From: the human T2T-CHM13v2.0 reference genome, Homo sapiens
Assembly: GCF_009914755.1 (NCBI RefSeq)
Contig: NC_060925.1
DNA length: 64,000 bases
Direction: 5' to 3' (one strand)
This document shows, piece after piece, positions 11,670 to 23,150 of the stretch. Numbering within the stretch: the first letter of the stretch is position 1; each line of letters starts with the position of its first letter. The notes beneath the pieces are model-generated. The model saw only the letters and a program-made list of their open reading frames with translations, made no database searches and was not told the origin of the DNA. A program made the position numbers and the translations under genes.

Positions 11670-14323
11670 ACTTTTGAAAATGTTAATTAAAGAAAGGGAG
11701 ACGCAAAGAAAGGGAGGCTCTTCCTGAAATCCACACAGGGGGGTGCGGCTCAGACGGGTGACAGACCCCCGCTGTTCCCAGTAGGGCAGCACCCCCAAAC
11801 CCAGGGGGCCAAGGGAGGGGCTCCCAGATGAAACAGAGGCTGGTTGCTGATTTCTTGGGGGAACTTTTGTAAAAATGAAGACACTGAATCCTTGAGCTGA
11901 ATCCCAGGTGCAGAGACTGGGGGGAGGTGGAGAATCCAAAATCATGCTCAGGTTTCTCCTGAAAAGTGTGTATTTTCTAAAAAATAAATATAAACTCCTG
12001 GTTTGAGAAACTCCCTCATGATGAATGGGAGGAAAATCATGGCAAATGGAGAGCTAAGAAACCATCTTCGCATAGACTTTGCCCAAGGTGTAGAGGAAGA
12101 TCTGCCGGTCAGGCAGGATGAAGACCCACACAGGAGCCTGTGTCCTCCAGGTCGTCCCTTCTTCCAAAAGCACAGCAAAGCAATACAACTTGAGGACTCC
12201 CTCCAAGATTTCCTAATTTTTGATTTTACATTTAATCTCAGGAGGCTATACCATTAAGAAACATTATTAGAGTTATTGCTGGGTGCTGGGCCCCAGACGA
12301 TACTAAGTGAGGCAGAAGCTTTCAATAATTCCTACAGCCCTCAGCACCAAGAAGAACTTGGAGGGAATATTGGGCTTGTTGAGAAAGTGGGAAAGAAATT
12401 AGAATTTCTCCCAATAGAAGAGGCAGATCACCTTGGCCTACTCTCTAGGACACAGGTCTTTCTTCTGTGCTACACCAACACTACAGAATACAAACTCATA
12501 CATATACATTTGCTACCATAGGTTCTACAACAGCCCCATGCCCTCCAGGCAGAAGGTGGAGGCAGGTGGCCGCTGATTCTGAGGATCCCTGTGTGAACAG
12601 TGCCGTTAGCCCTGAGGGGAGCTGGCGCTTGCCCAGGCTGTGCCAACTGGGATTTCTAAGCTCCTTTTTCCCTCACCACCATGCTGAAACCTTTTTTTGC
12701 CTCACATATATCAACTATACTTAAATGGTACAGAAAGAACCAATATTTGAAAAGTTACAGTAAATCACTGAAGCAGAAAGATAAAACTATACCCCAAGGA
12801 TCCAAATGAGGTTTAGGGACATAAAACAATTGGCAAGAACCAAATCAAAAGTTGGCTATGCCACAGCTTTGGCAGAAACTTTCCTGGAGATGATGAGGGG
12901 TTGAGGTGAGTTGCTATGTGCTTTATTTTGGAGCCAGATAAAATATTCTGGAAATCATTTCAGAAGGTCCTATGAAACAGGCATTTAAAAAAAAAAAAAA
13001 AAGAAGAAGACACACTTTGGTATTGAAACCGAGCGCTCACTGGCAGGTGTCGCAAAGATTAAGGCTTCAGGTGAGAACGCAGTGATGGCAACATGGAGAT
13101 GGCGCCATACCGGGCTTGAGGCTCTGCTCAGACGCCTCCTGCAGGCTCACACGGCTCAGGGGCCACTGGGCAGGACAGCCTCTGAGTGCAGCAGCTTCCC
13201 TAGGGGAGGTGGACCACGTTGTACCACTGGGCAGCCTTGGTGTCTGCACCAGCTCCAAGAGATACTGCTGCTCTGACACCACGCAGGTCTCCATGGGCAC
13301 TGCTGAGTTGACCGCAAACTCCACTCTTCCACTTCTGGTGGTGGTCAGGGCTGGGGAAGGTCCGTCATGACGCAACCTGGCTAGCCCTTGGGATAAAGAA
13401 TGCCCACTGCTCCCATCAGTCCCATGCTGGAAGACTCTAACACAACTAAGCAGAAGAGCCCTGACCTCCAGCCACATCTGCCGTCTGCCCTGACTCCTGT
13501 AGGTGCCCAGTCCGGGGAACAACCAACAGGTCACATAAGCAACAAGAACTTCCAAGAGGAAATGGATATAAAACCAAGGAAAGTGGTAGCCCCATTGTTG
13601 ATAATCTAGATACAAAATAATGAAAAGCTAGTACAAAACTCTTTAAACATGCAACTCTTTTTAAACAACAATCCATACTCTGAATATGTATCAGAGCAGG
13701 TTAAAGACTACACTGCTACATACCCGCAGTCTGTTCCCTGGAAATGGCGTGAGGGTGGAGGCTGGCACATGATGTGAGAGACATGGCTTCTGCCAGAGAA
13801 GCCCCGGACAGCTGCGAGCGCTGGCTGAGAACGTCGCTGGGGGCCAGTCTTTCCGGGGTCACAGCCAGCATGCTGATGTCATGGCTGATAACATCACCCT
13901 CAATCACCCACCAAAAGGAACCCATACGGTAAAAAGCGGAGGGGGGAGGGGGAATAATGGAGAAGGAGATGGAAATCACTTATATGATTTTTGTGACATG
14001 GTTGAAACACATCCTTTGAGGAGGGGGAAAGTTGGGTGGAGCTGGGAACAGAAGTTTTATTTACAAGATCTCCTGAATTATTAACAGACCTTAAAAATTC
14101 CAAATGGAAAACTTCTGTTATCAAATCACTGAAAATAGCATATATATCTGGTTCTACCAAAAAAGAAAAAAATCTGGCAATATTGACCAGTTTCCAAATG
14201 ATTAAGAAAAGAGTGTCAAGAAACCAGTAAAATACATAGGAAAAGGTGGCCCTTTTTATCCTCCTCCACCACACCACTTTGGAAAACATTTTAGGGTTCT
14301 TCATTGTATTTTTCTAATACATT
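11591..14323 (-). other. C1orf198: C1orf198 3'UTR (~2.7 kb)
   Basis: No recognisable repeats between the stop codon and AATAAA 11614-11609; end position approximate. Confidence 0.8.
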
Positions 14324-14380
14324 TTACCAATTGTCCAGAAAATCAAATCCCGTCTTCAAGACGACATTACTTGAGCTGAC
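14324..14380 (-). CDS. C1orf198: C1orf198 coding exon 4 (VSSSNVVLKTGFDFLDNW*)
   Basis: Acceptor tttttgtcccttctacag|GTC; TAA stop at 14326-14324. Confidence 0.93.
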   Translation of the reverse strand, partial: VSSSNVVLKTGFDFLDNW

Positions 14381-14896
14381 CTGTAGAAGGGACAAAAACA
14401 TGGAAGTAAGACGAGCCTCTTTTTTTCAGTTACGTATAATCTAAAAACAGCATCTCATTTAAAACGACCCAGATAAAAGAGCCTACTTCTGTCTCAGAGG
14501 TTCCCTGACCTCAATTTATCTCAGTGCTTGAAATCAGAAGATTAAATACAGTTCAATGCAATCTATACTCTGCCAGCATCCAACACTAACCCCTCTTCAA
14601 CCCCAGGCATGTCTGTGAGCAGCTTACAGACCTTACAGAGAAAAGAACAATGTCTCTGTATTTTTCTATAAATCTTTTCTGTTTCTGAATGACAGCCATG
14701 TTTAAATTTATTCATCCTAAATAAGAGAACAAATGATAAAGATATTCCTTCAAATATAAAACAAACATCACACACAAACACAACAAAAAAGAACTTGTAA
14801 AGTTGAGAAAGTAAACATAGTGTGGAAAGAATGTGAAGCTTATTTCTTTCAGATCTTGTGAAAGGTTATGAAGTGATTTTCCCAAACTCTAAGCTC

Positions 14897-14985
14897 AGCC
14901 TCCGGGGCTCAAGCGATCCTCTTGCCTCGGCCTCCCACGTAGCTGGGACTACAGGCATGCACCAGGCGTGCACCACAAGGCCTGG
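14897..14985 (-). mobile_element. Alu monomer fragment (FLAM/FRAM-like)
   Basis: gggctcaagcgatcctcttgcctcggcctcccacgtagctgggactacagg. Confidence 0.7.
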
Positions 14986-15904
14986 TTTAATGTCATTCTT
15001 CTTTCAGGGGAAAGGGCTTAACTGACAGGTCCCCTCTTGTGAGCATGGGCTGTCTCAAGCTGCTGCTGTTTTCATAAAACTTCTGACTGGCTTCCACTCA
15101 GCAGCCTGTTTCTGATGTCCCTTTCCTCCAGCCTAACACCGGCAGGCATTTACCTGGTGCGCCAAGGTCTTCTTGAGCAAAGAAACCTTGACTCTCCACC
15201 CTCCAAGCAGCCGGCCAGCAGAAAATGCATACATGGCGGCAAGAGCAGGCAATGGGCTAATGGGCTTGCCCTTGACACCTGTCTCAGGCCCAGTTTGGCT
15301 ACATGTGAGACTGGTGCAGAGTGAGGCAAAACATGCAGAATGGAAGGAGTGCAATCCAGTTTTCCTTGTTCTGGTTTCCTTCCAGTTTCTTAAATGCAGT
15401 GGCATTTCACTGTGCTTTACTCAGAAATCTGTTCTCTCAAAGGAATTTCATGTGCTGTCTCCTACTCTCCACTGCCCACACAGAAACACGTTCCTGCTTC
15501 TCTTTAGAGTGGGGACTATCACCTATTTTATGGAAATACTTCTTTCAGAGGAAGCCCTCAGTGCCGAGTCTCAGAGAAAGAGTGCTGGTTAGGGAGGCAG
15601 GGAACTGAGCCTGTCTGTAAGGAGGAGCTGATGGGCAGGAGGATGTGAGACAGAAAACAGAACGGAGAGATGGGCAGGTACCGGAGAAGGCAGGAAACAA
15701 GAGGGCTGAAAGCACTAGCTTAAGAAGGTGCAGAAACACGAAGAGGACAGGCTAGAGCACTGATGTGGAGCCGAGGTGGGCAGAAGGTACTAGCACCGCT
15801 GGATCCTCCCTCCTCGGGAGGACAGCACGTGCAGCCATCTGCCGAGGGAGGTGTGGAAGTACTGGAAACCTGCTCTGGGGGACATTCAATGTTATCAGTG
15901 ATGA

Positions 15905-16785
15905 TCTCAACTCAACAACAAAATAACCAAAAATTTAAAAATGGGCAAGGGACCATTGGACATTTCTCCAAAGAAGATACACAGATGGCCAATAAGCACA
16001 TGAAATGAGGCTCAACATCATTCACGATCATGGACAGGCAAGTCTAAACCACGGTGAGACACCACCTCATACCCCTTCGCATGGCACCAGCAAAGACACA
16101 GAAAATAACAAGTGTTGCAAGGGAGTGGAGAAACGCGAACCCACATTGATGGGAATGTAAAATGACGCAGCTGCTGTGGCGAACAGTATGCAGGTTCTTC
16201 AAAAAAGTAGAAATAGAACCACCATGTGATCCAGCAATTCTACATCTGGGTATGCACCCAGGAGAAGGGAAAGCAGGGGCTGGAAGACTTATTTGTACAT
16301 ACACGTTCACAGCAGCACTATTCCTAACAGACAACAATAGCCAGAAGGTGGAAGCAACCCAAGTGTCTGTCGATGGATGAGTGGATACACAAAATGTGGT
16401 CTAACCACACGATGGAATATTAGCCTTAGAAGGCAATTCTACACTTGCTACAACATGAATGAGCCTTGAAGACGTCACATTAAGTAAAGTAAGTCAGTCA
16501 CAAAAGGGTAAATACTATATGGTGCTACTTATATGAGGTACCTAGAGGAGTCAAATTCACAGACACAGAAAGTGGAATGGTGGTTGCCAGGAGCTTGCGG
16601 GGAGGGATGAATGAGAAGTTAGTGTTGAACGGGTCCAGAGCTTTAGTTCTGCAGGATGAAAGGAGTTCTGGAGATGGATGGTAGTGATGGTTACACAGCA
16701 TTGAGAATGTACTGAAATGCCACCAAATTTATACTGTAAAATGGTTAAAATGGTAAATGTTTGTATATTTTACCATAATAAAAAC
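15905..16785 (+). mobile_element. L1MB-like 3' end (antisense to gene)
   Basis: gacatttctccaaagaagatacacagatggccaataagcacatgaaa... through 3'UTR. Confidence 0.8.
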
Positions 16786-16799
16786 TTTTAAAATTCAGT

Positions 16800-17237
16800 A
16801 TATGGAACCAGCCCAAATGCCCACCAATCAATGAGTGGATAAAGAAACTGTGGTATATATATACGATGGAATACTACTCAGCCAAAAAAGGAATGAATTA
16901 ATGGCATCTGCAGCGACCTGGATGTAATTGGAGACTATTATTCTAAGTGAAGTAACTCAGGAATGGAAAATCAAACATCATATGTTCTCACTCATAAGTG
17001 GGAGCTAAGCTATGAGGATGCAAAGGCATAAGAATGACACAATGGACTTTGGGGACTCGGGGAAAGAGTGGGAGGTGGGTGAGGGATAAAAAACTACAAA
17101 TTGGGTTCAGTGTCCACTGCTCGGGTGATGGGTGCACCAAAATCTCACACATCACCACTAAAGAACTTATGTCACCAAATACCACCCAAAACCTATGGAA
17201 ATAAAAAATTTAAAAAATAAAAATTAAAAAAAAAAAG
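16800..17237 (+). mobile_element. L1PB-like 3' end with A tail
   Basis: gtgggagctaagctatgaggatgcaaaggcataagaatgacacaatggactttgggg...aataaaaaa. Confidence 0.8.
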
Positions 17238-17825
17238 AGTGACCCACAAGAACCAAGGAGTCTCAAGGGCCAGAGGAGGATGGGTGAGGCTACCATGGAG
17301 GCAACTGCATCCTGGGCTCACTCCTCAGCAAGGCAGCCAGGAGCCCAGCGAGGCCCACAGAGGGGCAAGACCCAGTGAGGCCTCTCAAGTGTGCCTGCCT
17401 GCTTTGCCAACAGGCAGCTCCCCTGGCCCAAATCCAGACCAGTCCTAAAGAACAGACCATTGCCTCTATGGACAGCTCCCAAAAAGAAGGCCCAACACAG
17501 CTTTGAGCTGTGACAGCCCTGGGCGCAGCGCCTTCCAGGGGCCTCTTCTGATAGCAGCCCGCGCACTGGGGAAAGCGCAGTGGGCCACGGAACCCTGACT
17601 GGTAAACAAATTAGGGCACCCAGATGGACTCGCAAAACTTGTCTTGTTGCATATTTGTTGGTGGCTCAGCACCCTGAGCCTAGGCATCCTCTGAGGAAGA
17701 GGCAGGGGAAGGAGAAGAAAAAGAGCATGGGCACCTGTGGCCTGCCTGCTTTGTGGGGGACCCTCTCGGTTCCCGTGGAATAAGGCACCATCCCATCTGA
17801 GGACGCGCTGGTAAAGGCCACTCAC

Positions 17826-18368
17826 CTGTGCAAACTTGGGTTCCGAGAACAGGGTGTCTTCCCCATCGTCCTGCCTGACATCAGGAGATGGCAGCTTCCC
17901 CTCGAGCTGGGAGGGGGCAGCCTCGTGCAGTGCACTGCTGAAGGCCTGGACAGGCTGGGGTCTCTCACGTTCGGTGCTCACGTTGGGAAGAGGACGCTGC
18001 TCCTGACGGAGGGTGCTGGGCCTTTCCACCTTGGCCTCCCTGTCCTTCGGGGCAGGTTCCTGCCGGTAGCAGGGAGGCAAGACCTTTTCCCCCTTCTCCA
18101 TGGACTTGATCTGGCTAGGGGTCAGCGACTGGAACTCGGCCTCAGGCCCCTCCCCTCGGGACCGCTCAGCATTGATCTTCCAGAATGACGCTTCCTCCTC
18201 CTTCCTGGTGGGGCCCAGGGCGTCCAGGCTGGAGGACCTGCTGCCTTGGGAGGACTTGAGGGCCTGGGAGCCCTGGGAAGCTTTGGACAGTGGTCTGGGC
18301 TCGCTGGCGGCGGTGCCGTTGCTCGGCTCCTGGATGGATAGGGCGGAGATACTGAACTCCATCTGACT
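17826..18368 (-). CDS. C1orf198: C1orf198 coding exon 3 (543 nt, SQMEFSIS...EPKFAQ; S/Q/E/P-rich, probably disordered)
   Basis: Pyrimidine tract ...ctttctcatgtcccaccctag|AGT; donor CAG|gtgagt; matches N-terminal part of ORF 17466..18362. Confidence 0.95.
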
Positions 18369-18589
18369 CTAGGGTGGGACATGAGAAAGGACAGAAAAAA
18401 GAAAGAGATCCTGAGAATCGACCGTCACAAGTGTGCCAGCTCACGCACCCCTCCTCAGCATAAGGACGCACACCAGCCACACACGAGTTGTTGCCCATGT
18501 GCTGGAACTGTCTGTCCTGAGTGGTGGGTATGGTCAGGACTCCCATCGCACACCTGAAATGCATCAGAAGCTTAAATGCCAAGGCCGGG

Positions 18590-19014
18590 TGACAGAGTGT
18601 GGGTGGTGGTCCCCTCCCAAATCTCATGTCGAACTGTAATCCCCAGTGCTGGAGGTGAGGCCTCGTGGGAGGTGTCTGGATCACAGGGGCGGATGTTGTC
18701 TTCATGATGGTGACTTCATGGCTTGGTGCTGTCTTCATGATAGTGAGTCCTCATGAGATCTGGTCGTTTAAAAGGGTGTGGCACCTCCCCCTGACTCTCT
18801 CCCTCTTGCTCCTGCTCTGCCATGTGAGATACCTGCTCTCCTCCGCCTTCCACCATGAGCCACAGCCCCCTGAGGCCTCCCCAGAAGCCAAGCAGATGCC
18901 GATGCCATGTTTCCTGTGCAGCCCGCAGAACCGTGAGCCAATTAAACCTCCTCTCTTTACAAATTACCCAGTCTCAGGTATTTCTTTAAAACAACACAAG
19001 AACACACTGATACA
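18590..19014 (+). mobile_element. MSTA/MSTB-like MaLR solo LTR
   Basis: cccaaatctcatgtcgaactgtaatcccc...gagccaattaaacctc...ctgataca. Confidence 0.8.
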
Positions 19015-19557
19015 CTCCCTCATGCACTATGCTACATGCAGCTCAAGATATCTGAGTATTACCGATGAGTAAGGGCTCTCTGCCTGGTAAACAGGGCACC
19101 CTCCTGTCTCCTCCAGTGTGGTTCTAGCACCTTCCTGGCAGGTGACGACCCTCATTGGGAGGATAACGAGGAAAGGTGCACACGGCAACAAAAGGCCACA
19201 TCGCAGCCAGGGTCAGAACCCAGCCTCAGATCACAAACACCCAGAGGGCAGGGCAGGGCCTGGCACCCATCACAGCCTATGCCCCACATCTGAGCACCCA
19301 CAAAATGCTTTCCTTGATCTGGATGCTGCTAACCACAGTGATCTCTAAAAATGACACTGCTGAGCTGTTTTGACCAACAAAATCATTACATGGCAACCTA
19401 AACCTCCTCTTTGGAGTAGAATGTTGTCTTCCAAGCTCTGCAGAACAAGCAATTTGTAATCTCAATCATTTCTAAAATCAATTCTGAAGACTTCTCTCTT
19501 CCCTCACCATTTCTACTCCCTCATATTTCCCTGCCTCTTTCTAAAATAAATTAATAC

Positions 19558-19870
19558 GCCAGATGTGGTGGCTCACGCCTATAATCCTAGCACTTTGGGA
19601 GGCTAAGGATAGAAAATCGCTTGAGCCCAGTTTGAGACCAGCCTGGGCAACAAGTGAGACCCCTTCTCTACTAAAAATTAAAAAAATTAAAAAAAAAAAA
19701 AAAAAGGCCAGGCATGATGACACACGCCTGTGGTCCCCAGCTACTCAATATGCTGAGGTGGGAGGATTGCTTGAGCCTGGGAGGTCAAGGCTGCAGTGAG
19801 CCACGATTGCATCACTGCATTCCAGCCTGGGCAACAGAGCAAGACCCTGTCTCAAAAAATATACTAAAAA
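19558..19870 (+). mobile_element. Alu (AluJ-like)
   Basis: Dimer with ggattgcttgagcctgggaggtcaaggctgcagtgag. Confidence 0.85.
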
Positions 19871-19872
19871 TA

Positions 19873-20186
<314 letters not shown>

Positions 20187-20249
20187 ATATACATTAAAAA
20201 TAAATAAATAAAAGTAATAAAACTACATGACAGAAAGTTTGGGAAATAG

Positions 20250-20850
20250 AAAAAAGAAAAAGAATCAGTCACAACCCTTCCCTCCTCCCATAATCACTAC
20301 TGCTTTTTGTTATTTCTATGTAACCATTTTCATATATGTGTTTTATGAGGCTGTAGTTCTGTTGGGCATGTGATTTGGGGTATTGCTTTTTCACTTAATC
20401 ATAAGCATCATCCATGTTGCTGTATGGTCATGATAATCATTATTTTTAATGGTTGTAAAAATATTTCAGTAGCTGTCACACCACCTACTTAACCGTTTTC
20501 TTATTAACAGACAATTTGCTATTTCTAAGCCTTGTTGTTATAATTAAGGTTGCCATAAACATCTTCATGCATACAATCTTTTCCCCATTTTGGGTTAATT
20601 TCTTTAGACAGATTTCTAGAAGTGAAATATCAAAATACAAACAATTTAAACCTTTCCTTTTTATGGTTTTGGATGCATACTATCAAATCTGCTTTCTAGC
20701 AGCTGCCCCAATTTCTAATGCCACCAGATGTACATCAGAGTAGCATTTTTAGTCACTGAGTATAATAATTTAAAACTCCCTGTGCTAACTTAAGATACAA
20801 AACATGGTTCTTCATGCCTTTCATGCACAGTCTTTCACATAATCAATGGT
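20250..20850 (-). mobile_element. Old L1 (L1ME-like) fragment
   Basis: ttgctttttcacttaa...tccatgttgctgta antisense L1 3' motifs. Confidence 0.5.
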
Positions 20851-21151
20851 CTGTTCAGTCCTTTAAGTTTCTGCAGACAGCAGCACTCTCCCAGGATTCT
20901 CGCCAATGGGCAGGTGCATATTTGTCAGGGCAAGGATGGAAATACTACTTTTCCTGTGTGAAGTGCAGGTCCTATACATAGAGAGCGGCACATGCTCTCT
21001 GAGTCTGAGATTTCTAAAAGTCCAGCTTCCGACGGCTAGATGTCTTCCCTCCAGCCTTGGGAGATGAGATCACGAGGCCATGAAGAATTCAAGTTTAAAA
21101 CGCACGCCTAGGCTGCCCTGAAGCTCAGTGTTACAGGAAATAAAACCCATG

Positions 21152-21792
<641 letters not shown>

Positions 21793-21848
21793 TTAAAGAC
21801 AATGTAGATTACTCAGTGTGCCTGATGTATCAGGACTGTTGTTTCTAA

Positions 21849-21965
21849 ATTATTATTATTTTCATTCTACAAATGAGAAAATGGAGAATCGGAGTGATGA
21901 ATTAAATTGTCCTAGGGTCACTAGCCCATTAGGAGATTGTGCAGCTGGGATTTCAACCTGGATTG
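21849..21965 (-). mobile_element. MIR
   Basis: ttcattctacaaatgagaaaatggag...gctgggatttcaacctgg. Confidence 0.6.
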
Positions 21966-22816
21966 AGAGATTCTAAGCCTGAATCCATGGCTGGGCATCC
22001 CTGCATTGCAAAACAACAGGTGGCCACCAGGTATGACATCCATGGAAGCTGCCGGGAGCAATGGACACAGTGGGATTTCTTTATGTATGTGTGTGATCTA
22101 ATTTGATTTTAAAGGACTGTTTCTGAGTGGTGCATTCTGAATACTCTGCATATTTCCAAATTCCACAACAGAATACAGAAAGACTGTGGGATAGAGATGA
22201 TAGTTTCTTGAAATAGGCAAATCACTAAAAATGGCTCAGAAGTGGGGCCCAACTCAGGGGACAAAGTTGACTTTGATCTGGAAATTGTAGTGTAAGGAAG
22301 GCACTTAAAACTGAGCACTTCATCAAACCCCAGGCTTTTTTAGGATCAGCAATTTCTACCATGGGTGTCCTTGCTAAGAAGCCTCTAGAAGGTGAGACAG
22401 AACTTCCTGTGTACGTGGAGGGCAGCAGTGGGCAGAGCCAGGGATGCTGGGGGGAAACGCCAGTCACAGTGGTTCCTGGGCTGCTTCAGGGGCGCTGCGG
22501 AAGGGAACCGGGCAGCACTTAGCTGGGTGTGACCTCCTCAAACAGAATGACAGAGGTCACTCCCAGCCCTGCTTGGGTAACAGGAGACCTGGAGACCTGG
22601 CAACAGCTCTTCAGAGGAGGGTGTCATCTGGCTAGAGAAGAGGGCTTTGCTGGCAGAAGCAGCTACCTAGTTTAGGGGGTCTGGAGGTGACTATGGGGAA
22701 GACAAGAACTTAACAAAGAAAAAAGTTCTAAGTCTTTTTCCCTATGTATGTGTATGCTGTTCATAATTTTGCAAATAACGTATAACTACAATCTCCTTTA
22801 ACAAAACAGCCCTGAT

Positions 22817-23150
22817 GATCTCATGAAGGCAGGGAGTAGAAGAAATAGATACTGCAGGCTGGGAAGGGTGTGTGGGTAGGAAGGGGATGAAGAGAGGTTG
22901 GCTAATGAGATAGAAGGAGTAAGTGTTTGCTCTAGTGTTCAACAGCAGAGCGGGGTGACTCCAGTTAAGTGTGTTGTGTATTTTGCAATAGCTATAAGAG
23001 AGGATGTAAAATGTTCCCAACACATAGAAATTAAAAATACTCGAAGTGATGGACACCCCAAATACCCTAACTTGAACATACAGTCTCTGATTTCACAAAA
23101 TATCACATGTACCCTATCAATATTTCAAAATATTGTATATCGAAAAAAAA
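22817..23150 (+). mobile_element. L1MA-like 3' fragment
   Basis: atgttcccaacacatagaaa...gatggacaccccaaataccctaacttga. Confidence 0.7.

Noticed and set aside
13067-13615. 182-aa ORF in the 3'UTR
   Set aside because: Starts at TTG, no recognisable homology, lies downstream of the stop codon
17466-17825. 120-codon continuation of exon 3 frame into intron 3
   Set aside because: A strong CAG|GTGAGT donor and a clean exon 4 explain the gene; no nearby minus-strand poly(A) signal; peptide has no recognisable features
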